DNA from: Trichoplax sp. H2
Taxonomy: Eukaryota
Length of the DNA stretch: 64,000 nucleotides
NCBI GenBank assembly: GCA_003344405.1
Contig: NOWV01000013.1
Location: forward strand, 930,001-994,000
Direction: 5' to 3'
A program made the translations under genes and the position numbers. The notes under the pieces were generated by a model that had not been told where the DNA came from, searched no databases, and saw only the letters and a list, made by a program, of their open reading frames with translations. This document shows positions 11,691 to 24,904 of the stretch, in pieces. The first letter of the stretch is position 1; every line of letters begins with the position of its first letter.

Positions 11691-13332
11691 CGTCTCGGCC
11701 GTTGACGATCGCATGACATCTTGGTCTGCAACAGCTTAATACTGACGGCTTCAACTACTGGTTAAGTGGTTATCCCACTCAATCATTCATTCATTCGCCA
11801 TAGTGCTCGATCAACAGATCGTATGACGAGTCAGGAGGATGATCTATCCAGTAAGGAGGAAAATCCATTTCCAAATTATTCCCTAACATTAGTATACAAA
11901 GAAATATCCAAAAATAGTGGCCAATTTGCCAACGTCTGTCATTTAAATGGCACTTTAAATATCAAATGACTTTCCACACACCCTGTACAATAGTCAAGCT
12001 AAAAGGACAACTTGATCCTACGACCAGAATGAAGCAATCTTTAGACATTGATACACTCGGCTAAATTGTCTTTCAACAAATCTCAATAATGACCCAAAGT
12101 CATTGCATGCCAATTGAGCTTACGGTCAATAAACCAGCTAATGGTCTACAGTTGATTAGTGTCTCATCCATGCATACCATTTCAACACCAAGGGACCCAT
12201 TCATAAAGCACATTGCTAAATCATGGATAAAAACAACAATGTCAGTGTTGATACAATAATACTTATTCAATCACCAATCTGTTCATGGATCAGTTCCGGT
12301 TCTGAGCATTTTTGCGGGCAATCGATTAAGACGTATACGGGTATGTAGTTCAAGGCGTCCATAATACGGTACAATATTAAAGTTTGCTCCACGCTTTTCA
12401 CAGGCGTAAATGACTCTATCAAGTTCAACCTTCACGGAGTAATTCAATCATTCAAGAAAGTAAACCAGCATCAATACTTCCCTTGAATATCACTATTTAC
12501 TGTATAAACTGTACTGGACTTTACAGTATTGATAGTCCACTAGCTTATACGTACTGTCAATACTCTTTCATCAATGGAAAGAATCTTGTTTGCATGATAT
12601 TGGATTGGATTCAAATTGGTAAACAATGCTTAGCAAATAATGACAGGTACGGTAGAGTACTTGAGCAAAGACAACAGATATCGTCAAATTTTGACACTAT
12701 GCAAAGTGTGCATACTTCTGTGTCTTAACGAGTGACCTCATACGGTTCCTATATTGCCAGAATTGTTAGCCATTGCATTATTACGTACGCATGGATGCAA
12801 CCTGCAATCGCAATTCTATGATTACTTTTGATCAAGACTAAAATCGTCGCGCATTCATGTGTAATGAACTTCTACTACATAGACAATTGATATCCATCAC
12901 TGGCTACCATAGTCCCTGTTATACATGCACCTTAAGGGTTAAATACAAATCGATCCAAAATAAATACGGAAAATGTTTTATTGCCTACAATGACAACTAC
13001 TTGAATCGAACTGTCATATAAAAAAAATCAATTCATTTCAGATAGAAGCCTAAAATAGGAATAAATTTGTGGAATCAAGTCGTCACCACTTCTGCAGGAG
13101 AAGTATATACTGAATAGATATAGATATAGATATATGTATATAATGAATTAATCGATGTATTCCAATCACGCACAAATGACAACTTAGAATCAATAAGGTA
13201 TAATAATTACAGTAAATCCAATCAGAAAGTCGTAAAAACCTTTGCAGTTTGCGTTGAAACCCAAATTATTGAAATTTACATTAGTCAACAAAATATCTGT
13301 CAAATAAAATTTAGTTCGATAGGAAGCAATCT

Positions 13333-16300
13333 TCACAGAAGCCTTTTATGTACAATCTCATAAATCAATAAATGTCTGAAGTATGGCATATTTTCCTATA
13401 AAAAAATTAGACATAGAAGTGATCTCCTGGTTACAATAGATATAAAGAGAGATAGTACAGTATATAGCCATGTGTCTCTCGCTAAAGAGAACTAACCTGC
13501 TCGAAAGCCAAAGGGAGGTCACGAGAAACGCAATCTGCAAACTAATAAAATACAGCATTATCAACAACGAAAACCTTACAGTACTTATAGCTTTTCGTTT
13601 TTTACATAACAAGTAATAGATATCACTCTCGAAAAGCTGACAACTTATTAAGGCTACCTTGCAAGCAAAGACACCACAGTCGGATCCATTCATTTGCTGT
13701 GGCACGTCCTAAAGAAGAGATGTAAAGTATTTGCATTAAAAAAAAATTAAAAATGTCACACTATATAATATAATCGTAGTCAATTATAGTACCTTAACCA
13801 TTATACTGTTCCATTCTGATACGTCATATTCTTTTTGCCTTTTATCTTTGGATTCTTTACCGATATACTCTCTAAAAATATTAGCAATATTGTATGGAAG
13901 ATAGCAATAAGCTAAGTCTACGTTAAATTCCAAGGCACTTACAACAGCGTATCGACGCATTTATAATTACTCCCAAGCATGGAATCATAATATTTCACTT
14001 CCTTCTTACGAAAATCAATTGTCTACAGTAGAAACAGAAATAATTCACGGTAAGGTAAAATTTTGTGCTGAATATACGCAAAATAATACTCGTTGTCATT
14101 CGTACCGCTAAACACCAATGAACTCCCAGATGTATAGGTATTAACAATAGATCAAATTGAAATATATCCACCTACATGATAGGTTACACGCGATCGAATT
14201 AAATTGAACTATTTATTAGTAACGAAAAAAATTGGATTCAATCTTGTACTAAACATGCATACAGTTTTTAAATCTGTATTGAATGTGGTGATCAATGCAA
14301 TAAAATTTAAACCTTTTTCGTCCATCGTCTAACGCTAGAATATCCTTGGCTTGATAGTTTCGGATAAAAAAATGTATTGAAGACATGTACCTTGGGCAGT
14401 GACTTCATAAATAAACCAAACAATAATGTTCATCAAAATCCGCTTACAATTAATATACGGCTTAAAATATTCTAAAAATACCTTTTCATTTTGACTTCTT
14501 CTTGAAATTAAATTAAAATAAAAGTTGATAACCTACAAGACAGAATTAAATAATTAAAACGTAAAAGATATGTACCATTTGTTGGCCATTTACCCAATCT
14601 CTTGCCTTGTGTAAACAATTCTTGTTATATCTAAGTTTGTAGTAATGCAGCTAACTTGAATGATGCAGTAGCTATTTACAAACCTCATCATTTAGCCAAT
14701 TACAATTCGATAATGTTTTAATATCTGATCGTGTAATCGTTATATTAAACTCTTCCGATAATACTTTGTTATTAGGTCCTCCATGTAAGGCGGAATTGAT
14801 CTGAAAAAAATAGAAACAGCCTTAAAGGGTTTACAATCTTAAAGTAATATCTTTGAAGGTGGAAGTTTACTAAAATATAACTCACAGCTTCTTTCATGCA
14901 GTTGTCCAAAGTTGGAAAAAGATTCGCGGGTTCTATTTTCTTTTCATCCTTTATAATATCAATCTGTAAATAGAGAGTAAAGCTATATGGACCGTAGCAT
15001 GATTGCAATAGTCTATCAAAAACGTCACTGACCTCTTGTATTAATTTATCGATCGATTTCTCCTTCTATATAGAAACACAGTAATATGATATTAGCTCTT
15101 CATTAAAATCGATTCTACTAAATAATCGTCAATTACCATCACATCAATGTTCTTTAAGTTGCCCGATTCCCTTTCAATTTCTTTACGAATTTTAATTTCT
15201 TCTTTAGTTTTTTCTTTCCTAGAAATTGACCATACAGTACAACATTAACTCTGACATACCAAATAAAGGCTCTAAAATGAACATAATATATACCATTTAT
15301 TTAACCATTCGCGATCGTAAGTACTTCCTGAAATTTTTCTTGATGAACGATCCAGATTACTAACAAAAAAACGTCCACTTGTTAGCGGAAGTATTTTCAA
15401 AAAGTATAATTACAAGATATTGCAGTAATTACCCAGGTTTTCGTGACTTAAGACTAACACCAAGGACGGCATCGTCTAAAGTTTATCAGGAGTAAATATA
15501 TAAGGCCAACTCGTACCTAGTTAATCTACTAATCAGTATAATTAAAATTACCTGCTGATTTAAATGAGTCGTCCATTGGGCCAGAAGAATGATCATTTGT
15601 AATCTTATGATCGTTAATCTGCTTATTAGACAAGTGAATACTGGAAAGACAATAGAGAATTTCGTTTTACAATCGTGTGAAAGTTATCCAATTTAAAGGT
15701 ATACAATAATTATTTTATAATGGTATACCTAATCGATTCATTTGTTGCATCTGAGTGAAGAGGTGAAAGCTCATGGTTTCCCTCATATCCAGTCGTTAAT
15801 TTCTCCGTTAATCTGCGTGTTGACGTAAATTTTTGAGCATCATTTGATATTGGCGTACTGGTATGCAGCTGTATGAGCTCAGCATACTTTTTCTTCTCCT
15901 TTATTCGAATAACCTAAGTGTCATATCGTAATTGTTTTTCAGTTTAACTGACCCTTGGCAAATTTCAAATTAATAAATATAGCAGTTACATTGTCTATAG
16001 TCTTTGGTGATCTATCGTCCATAAAAGACAATGCAGGATTAAGTGCCAGAACAGAGTTTGGACGAAGCGGGGCATTTGTATTGTCCGAATTGTCCTTGCA
16101 AATGAAACATTCTTCAAATGCTTCCTAACAGATGAATTGTATCATCAGATTATTCAAAGCAGGCGATCATAAATGATATACGCATAGTCCTGAGTTGTAA
16201 ATATTCTATTTTATTCCTTTCAAAATGTCACCTCGTGACTTTGTTTAAATACTTCACGGCCAATTCGGGTCGATTGCTGCTTTTTCATGGGTTTGCTTTG

Positions 16301-17396
16301 TACCATTTTAGGCGATGAATTTAATGGCGGACGGTGATAAATGTTTCTACCGTCTTCTTTCATTCCATTACTGTCGTGTTCTGTTTTATTGTTAAAAATC
16401 AACAATAGAATTAGCAACAAAGTTGTAATAAGATTCCAACTATATCTAAAATGACGGCTGTCATGTAAAAAATAAAAGCGTGCGCAAGATTTCTTGTAGC
16501 ATAATGTACTGTGTAGAAGCAGTACGTTGTACAATTGCTTGCTTTACATAGAGATTTGAATATTACGTACCAATACTAGCTTTAGCTTGTCTTCGCTTTG
16601 GAGGAGTCTTGAAACAATTTATAGATCAATAATAACGCGATTATCAGTACAGTAGTACTATAAACTACATATTGAAATAAATTTGTGCTAAAGATCACTA
16701 TTATTAGCTACATATTTTTTAAGCCTGGAATGATTCATTACCTGTAAACTATCTAAACTATTGTCACTATTATTAGACATTGATGGAGAGGTATCCCTAC
16801 ACAAACAATATGATTGTTAAAGTTAGAAATAGCATAACGATATAGAAGTATCGTTGATATGAAATTATCTTGCAATCAAGGTTCGAATAACATACGTTAT
16901 CCTGTGGCTAAAATTAAGTATCGCGTTTCGGAGAAACTGTGAAAGATAGTCCTTAGCTTTTTCAAAACCACTAAAAATTCCTTCTACGATTAAAATTTGA
17001 TGAAAGAATTTATTATAAATGAAGACACACGTATGCCAAATGGCGCTGCAGGTAAGATTTATAACTGCATACTGAATACAAAATATTATTTGTAGTTGTT
17101 CATTAACAGAATAACGAGATAGTAAAGTACTGTCGTTTTCATTTATTAAATGAGGGTTATATAGAATGTTATATATAGTAGTCATTAACAGGATAACAAA
17201 ATGGTACAATATTGTAGTTTTCATTTATTAAATAAGGGTTAAAAATAAACGAGGAACCACCGAAAATTTTTCAAGATGAATTTAATGCTAGATTTGTAAT
17301 CTACTTGCGTTGCAAGATACGCGCGCGGATACAGGTATACGAGTACTTACGCTGCTTAAGAGCAGTTAGCAAAAATTTATAAAGTACTTACAACAT
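13333..17396 (-). CDS. SENP1: Sentrin/SUMO-specific protease, SENP1/SENP2-like (peptidase C48), about 22 coding exons
   Basis: C-terminal exons give [60 protein letters not shown] (catalytic His), [28 protein letters not shown] (catalytic Cys) and [20 protein letters not shown] (stop at 13335-13333). N-terminal exons chain in phase back to a 5-nt ATGTT exon at 17396-17392, spliced to 16970 ([11 protein letters not shown]...). The start exon is the least certain part. Confidence 0.93.
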
Positions 17397-20039
17397 GGAG
17401 AAGTCACAATTTTGACGTCTTTAGCAGGAGTAGTTACTCGTAGTATGATTTTATGAGAACTAACTACTTTACTACCAACGCAGGTGGATGATGATGCCGT
17501 CAGTACACGTGGCTATTTCTCGACAATATGAAGCCTGCACTGTACTCATTTGGGACTTATTAAACTATTCTGAAATGATACAGATGAGAGAGCGTACAGA
17601 AGTAGGTGTGAAATTTAAAAATGCCCTGGGTCGAACGTTTTCGCACATTGAAAGTACTTCTTTACAGCCATATCTTTCTACATATGTGATCATTAAGTGT
17701 TTTAAATTGATTTACGATGTAAATAATGGTAACATGGTATTATTATGCTGTAATGACAGCCTGTAAAAGCTTTCATTTCTAATAATGAACAATTTCTGAC
17801 TAATTGGTTATTAATTACTGAACAACGCAAAAGTTGGCAATTAAAATCATGATGGAGAATTTAGTCTGGTTAATTTCTTTTACTAAATGTTGATCATGTC
17901 AATTTCACATCGATCTTTAACGTCGGTCTAGGACTGGGCTACAGTAAGTGGACTCTTTTTATGTACCGTACGTCTGTCAGTTTTTCTTTTACTACTCAGT
18001 TAGGGTAAAATATAATATAATATAAAACTACCTATGGTGATTTAACCTAATCAGAGATAATATTTCAAACAGTAAAGCAGTCTGCTCTTTCATATCTACA
18101 TTGAGCTTCTTCCCAGCAATTTTTAGCTTAATTGTACTAATGCTAGAGCATGCATTAGTGCATAAAATTGAACTGTTATTTCCTTCATCCCGTGTGATGG
18201 TCTTTCTGTGCTACTGAAGGAAAAAAGGTCAAGCACGTTGTGATTGCGAATTGCAAACTATGACTAAATAGCAGTAGTGTTAATAAAGTGCAGTTACTGT
18301 AGCACCAAAAAAAGAATTGGGGATCATTTCAAAGTCATGTACGGTTATCTTTATCACCGAAAAAAGCATAATTCGTATACTAAATTTTGGGGGGATAATT
18401 CAGCCTAGTTATAAGAACTTTCTCAACACTCTCCAAACACCCTTTACACTAATTTAATATTTGTGTAGCTAGTACTACAACACGATGGATTGTGTAATTG
18501 ATTGAATATCAATTTGGAAAGGCAACGGCAAATGTCGTAGGACTCGTAGCGCTCTACTGTGCACAGACACCATCAACAGTAACACCGTACTTACCTATTG
18601 GAGACGACTTTGCCTTTTTAGGTGGAAATTCCTATTTGATAAACAGAAGACACAAGCAACAGTATTGTCAAAGAAATCAAACTCCCATAGTTTACTAAGA
18701 ACAACATTACTTATTAAGAAAGAGTATTTGAAGTAGCTTTATGAGACCGTACATTACTTATTGATTTCGATTAGCAATGATACTAAGTATAACATTTTAA
18801 ATCATAAACGTGAAGTTTATGACATGTATGTTCAAGTATTGTGTATGAGTAACAACTAAGAGAGTTTATTAAGATTTGAAGAATGCTTAACGCGATTAAT
18901 ATGAGCAGTGTAGTTATAATAACGATGAGAATATTCGACTTACCATTGGAGAATAATTGTCTTCCAAGCTAGACAAGAAAATGAAGACAAGAATATAAAG
19001 TGTGAAATGACAATCAAGGGTTCAAAAATGAATATTTATAGAAAACGTGTTATTAATAAGTTAAGGAGATTGAACAGGGGAATACAGATTCTATTGTAGG
19101 TTTGATGGTGTAAATGTAATAAGCTATCGTTCTACTGTAATATTGGATCAATCTATGCTCGTTTTTTATGCTAGCAGGTGGTAAAAAACACACAAGTAAA
19201 CACGAGATCAAAATAGTTTACTAGTATTTCTTTGCATTGAACATCGACTTAAAGGCATGATACAAATTTTTAACCACGTTGCCATCAAATTAACAATACT
19301 ACAAAGCAAAACTGCGTTAAAGGATATGACAAAATCGTCCGTATGCGGAAAGAATCATTTTGAAACATAGAATAATCACGGACAAGTATTTGAAATGATT
19401 TTTTTCAACTTCTTGCAATAAGACAACCCAACCCAGTGACGATCAAATCGATCTTTTTTTTACTCTTCATTAATCGTATCCAAAAAATGTCGAATGAATT
19501 CATCATGTAGTTCATTCGTTGCGATATAATTCTTATAGCTACAGCCATCCATTATTGAATGCCTTACGTTCTTCCTTGACCATCTTGTACTCATCAAGCG
19601 AAAATTACCTTTATAGCTGATCAAGAATTGCAATCGATTGAATCATGATAACCGCGTTGTTACCCATTTTCTCCAGTGAAAAATTGCGGTTAAGTTAATT
19701 CAAGAAGTCAGTGGGGAATCTTTGAGGGTATTGTGCATACATTAGGTTATAAACTGTACAATATCAAGGTGCTAATGCAGTCCATAATGACATCTAATTA
19801 TACAAGTTAAAAGTTTTGTTTACACTTTTTGATTAATTAATTCATTATTGCCATGGACGTACCATCGATAAAATTGATCATTTTCCATCAGTCCGTATAA
19901 ACTTTTTATGACGGAATCACGATTTGGTCATAGGATTACTAGTTGTCTTTTAAGTACATTTTCACTGTTGTGTTACCTACACAGCTTGTGTGCTAGTCCA
20001 TATTGGCTAGTCATGATGCGATAGTTTTGACAAGTATTC

Positions 20040-21990
20040 AATGAGATGCAATGACTGATTTTCAAATCTACTCATTCTGATATTAGACGACTGCAATCTC
20101 CGCCAATCATTTTGTAGCCTTGTCATATTAGATCTATTGAAACTCTCATCAATGGCGATGATGCTTCCTTGTAGGTTTTACGACTGCCTTGCTACAAAGG
20201 CTGATCACTGCTAGCAGTATAAATTCAACAATATTGTGTGACTTTCAAATGGATTAACATTGATTCTATTACAGTAAAAGTCCATCTAGTCGTAACAATA
20301 ACATACTAGTCGTATAATGTTGGTGCACTCTCTCCTAGTCATCTTCAATTAGGCATCTTTAAAATACTCATTCCCTATTCCCCAAAATTACGATCTTTCC
20401 TCATGTCATGCATGGATTGATACAAACACACTATATTGACTATAGCGTCATCAATTTAATATGCTAACTACTGTAGTTTACGACCAGCATTGGAAATGGC
20501 ATGATTACTGACTTTCCATTTACTCATTCTAGTGGAAATGCATCTATCAACGATCTATTTGTGCATTAGAATCTCGACTTTCTGACGACAAATTCGTTCC
20601 ATCCTAGCTTGACGCATACTAGTATGATGGCTTACAGCATACTACTTTGGTCTTAACAGAGATTCTAACTAATGTAATATACTGCATGCATTGAAAATGG
20701 AATATTATCGCTGACTTTATATTCACCAATTCTAGTGCAAATTCATCTGGTGATGAGTTAACTATTAGGGCATTCTATTCTCGACTTCATTAGTTTATTA
20801 TAACAATTGCTTATGCTAACTATATCATGGATTTGTACGTACTATGCCATCCACTATAGTCTACTGCATTTATACGAAATAGGATAATTACCATATTACT
20901 AACTTTCCATGTACGCATTCTAGTGCAAACTCAATCCGTCCATGATTATATTATTGTATTTGAAATCTCGATTTCATTGCGACAATTCTATATATTATAG
21001 ATTTACGCGTAGCAGTCAGTTTCTTGAGTAATAGCATCCTATGTTTTGTACTCAAGCTTACTTTGCAGAAATACCACCAACAGTGGTAGATGTATAATTA
21101 CTGTACTACTGACTTTCCATGTACGCATTCTAGTGCAAACTCAATCTATCCATGATTATATTAGAGTATTAGAATTCACGATTTCATTACGACAATTCCA
21201 TATGTTATAGATTTACGTAGCAGTATCTTGACTAATAGCATCCTATGTTTCATAGTCAAGCTTTGCAGAAATACCACCAACAGTGGTAGATATATAATTA
21301 CTGTACTACTGACTTTCCACGTACGCATTCTAGTGCAAACCCAATCTATCCATGATTACATTAAGAGTATTAGAAATCTCGATTTCATTGCGACAATTCC
21401 AAATATTATAAATTTACGCGTAGTAGGCAGTATCTTGAGTAATAGCGTCCTATGTTTTATAGTCAAGCTTACTTTGCAGAAATACCACCAACAGTAGTAG
21501 ATGTATAATTAGTGTACTACTGACTTTCCATGTACGCATTGTAGTGCAAACCCAATCTAGCCATGATTATATTAGAGTATTAGAATTCTCGATTTCATTG
21601 CGACAATTCCATATATTATAAATTTACGCGTAGCAGTCAGTATCTTGAGTAATAACATCCTATGTTTCATAGTCAAGCTTACTTTGCAGAAATACCACCA
21701 ACAGTAGTAAAATACATGTATTGGAAATAGGATATCATGGATGATTTTCCAATTTATCCATTCTAGTGCAAATCCATCCATAAAATGATCTGTCAGTAAG
21801 TTGGAATCTCGATTTGATACTGACTATCCTACGTTGAGCAATCTGTCTTACTTCACGAAAATGCAAACTACTGTAGTATACTTGTAAACCTGTTATTTAC
21901 TGCTTGTTTTCGAAATCGGATATTATTGCTGATTTCCATTTCACTTCTTCCAGAGTAGAGCAAATACTTCTATTACTGCGTAGTAGTGCA
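20040..21990. repeat. Degenerate tandem array, unit about 200 bp, about 9 copies; central copies (about 20890-21710) are highly similar
   Basis: Anchor CTGACTTTCCATGTACGCATTCTAGTGCAAA.TCAATC recurs at about 20510, 20710, 20900, 21110, 21310, 21520 and 21740, with decayed versions near 20055 and 21930. Confidence 0.88.
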
Positions 21991-23749
21991 TTAGAATCGC
22001 CACTTGAATTAAAGCCATTTGCAATTGAGGCAGATTAGAAATTCTATCAGACTTACAAGACCATTGAAATTATCGCCATGTTGATCCTTCTAGCTGACGT
22101 ACTCTACATTGCACTTGACTCTTTGAATAAGCCAACAGTTGGCTGCACAACACGGTCACTTTAATGTCAATCCACGAATCAAGATGGCCGTCTAACATCA
22201 TTTAAGTTGGAATAAAGCCTTTGCTCATACAAGCAATGACAATAGTGCAATAAAACGTTTAAAGTTGAGGGAAAATAAGTTGGCAACAAGCCTGCTATCG
22301 TGTTCAGGAGTATACTTGTACTCTAAGCTGTTGCTAGCTATCAATCGTTAAATCAATAGTTTTACTCTGGTGTAGGAGAGACCTTATGGATCACTACATT
22401 CCTCTCAGTGTTGCATCGTAGAGTTCAAGAATTGAATTTTGCAAGGATATTCCCGCTCAAAAGCGATATTCAATCATGTAGTTGGCTTTCTGATTCCGCT
22501 ACTAATGCATCATCTCCGGATGCGTTCTTATTGACTTACTACTCGTAGTAAACAGTTGGATGTCCAATCTACAGTACATCTCTTGCCATAGATCGGTCGG
22601 ATATTACCGTTGATCTCAGATCAGTTTCAATTAGGAATCGTGTGTTTCAATTCATCGTTGCTATTGTCAAATTTTCACTAATGTAGAGTAGACAAAAGTG
22701 TTGTTTTACTAACGCACACCTTCGAGTAAGTAAATAAGATACTTCTAGCAAACCCCATGACGTGTCAAGGCGCAAGAATAGAAAGTAACTTGTTAGCAAC
22801 TGGACTAGGACTACTGTAGTATCGGTGTTTGCAAGGAGTAGAAGACACTGTGCAAGGGTAAAGTAAACGGAGTAAGAACTAGCCTTCTCCATGCATCTCC
22901 TGGACCCATTTTCATCAACGTCTAGAGCCAATCACTTTTTAAAACATCAACTCTTCACGTTTACCCAGACAGCAGCACCACTACTATATACTGTGATGCA
23001 TATAGCATCGATCAGTCTAGACAAGATGAACGATGTCTTCCTTAAAAGATTGGAACTAATCCGATAACGATATTGAACGAGGAAATTGTCCTACAATTGA
23101 CCTACCCAAGCACTTTCATCTTCTTCACCTACCCAGCGGATGCTATATACAATATGGACTAACGACTGCTATTCTTTTCTTTTTTTTTTACTACATTGTA
23201 CTATCTCTTGTCATACAAGTTATGAATTCTTTTTTTGGACCAAAGGACTGTTCAATAATCATTTCCTCATCTGAAGCTAGAATAACAACATGCTACTGTA
23301 GTCGTACCTTGATCGTCGGCGCTTGCAAGACGAAGTGTTCTTAATGTTCCTTGTTTGCTGTCGATTTTCGTTTAAGGTAGCTAGGGTTTTTTGTGGATGT
23401 TGAGATGTACCTTTACTTTGTGGCTTATTCAAATAATCCATAATAATGATAATGGTGTAGCAGATCCAACTAATATATAAAGGAGGAAAATGGTGTTGGA
23501 AAGGATCCCAACACAGGTTGACCAAGTTTCTCTAGAATAGGGATTCTGTAGCGCCTAGAGGCTTGTGCATCGCGCATGCTCGATGGTCACTTCAATACAA
23601 CTGGTCAATGAAGTATTACTATGACAACATTGTCGCATTGGGTTTGCCTTTTATCCATCAAGTTATGCCTTCAAGGTATAGCCAAAGGTTAATAGCTCGA
23701 ATTTAACGGATTAATAGGAGCTCTATTGGTGTAGAAGAATGGATACGAT

Positions 23750-24860
23750 AGCAGAGTAGCCATAATTTTGGATCGATTTGCTTGAGATCATACGGTATTG
23801 CGTAGGAGTGGAGAGTAATGATAAAGAAAAGGATCGCTTTATTTGCCTGAAATTGCATGCTAAACTGGTAGTGCAGCGATTATCATTGGGTCTATTTACT
23901 TGAGATAGTACAATAGGAATGCTCAACTGATGTAAAATAATTGATAATACTGCAGAAGAGTGATAGCCACTTGATCAATTTGCTTCAAATCATGCAATAC
24001 GATTCAAGAGCAAAGATAGAGATTAAAATGAGCTCCATTGATGTACTGTACAGTACTGCACAGTAGGCTAGTCGATTATGCAAAGTAGCAATGGAGACTA
24101 ATTGATGATGTAGAGTAGCAATAATCACTAGGTCATTTTGCTTGAAATCGCACTATACTTTCTAAGATTTTAAAAGATAAAGATTAAAATGAGTTCCATT
24201 GATTTAGACCGTGCATGAGCCTTACTACCTCTATGATGTGAAACGAATTGACTATACAGAGCTGCAATAACTACTAGGTCAATTTACTTGTAATCACACG
24301 ATATTATCAAAGAGTATAAAAGATAGAGCAGTAAATAAACTCTATTTATGTGAATCATATTACTTCGATGATGTAGATTCGTTGATTAAGATTGCAGAGT
24401 AACAATAACTACTTGGTGAATTTGTATGCAATCATACGATATTATACGAGAGTAAAGACAGAGATGAGTTCCATTTTATGTTGACTATACTGTACATCAA
24501 TCTTATTACCTCTCTAATGCGGATTAATCGATTGTCCAGAGTAGCAATAACTACTAGGTTAGTTTACTTAAAATTATATGATATTATGCAAGAGTAGTGA
24601 CAGAGATGAGTTCCATTCTATATAGACCATACATGGATCTTATTACCTATCCGATGTAAACTAATTGATTATCTAGAGTAGCATTAACTACTGGGTCAAT
24701 TTCCTTGAAATCATGCGATATTATCCAAGATAAAGATAGAAATTAATTTGAGCTCCATTTATCAGACGTAGATTAGTTAATCGACATTTTAGAGTTGCGA
24801 TAACTACTTTCTCAATTTGTTTTGAAATCACACAATATCGTCCTAGAGTGTAAGATGTAG
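23750..24860. repeat. Degenerate tandem array, unit about 140 bp, about 8 copies
   Basis: Anchor AGAGTAGCAATAACTACTAGGTCAATTT.CTTGAAATCA..CGATATTAT recurs at about 24112, 24258, 24397, 24538, 24676 and 24791, with weaker copies upstream. Confidence 0.85.
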
Positions 24861-24904
24861 AAGGGTATCGATGATACCATAGCACGAAATCAATTTCTTA
24901 ATTA

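Noticed and set aside
15260-15271. AG...GT-flanked 12-nt candidate microexon in SENP
   Set aside because: It would leave an upstream intron of only about 21 nt, and the flanking exons already join in frame without it.
21228-21781. ORFs in the 200-bp array
   Set aside because: Frames are not preserved between repeat copies, so this is non-coding satellite.
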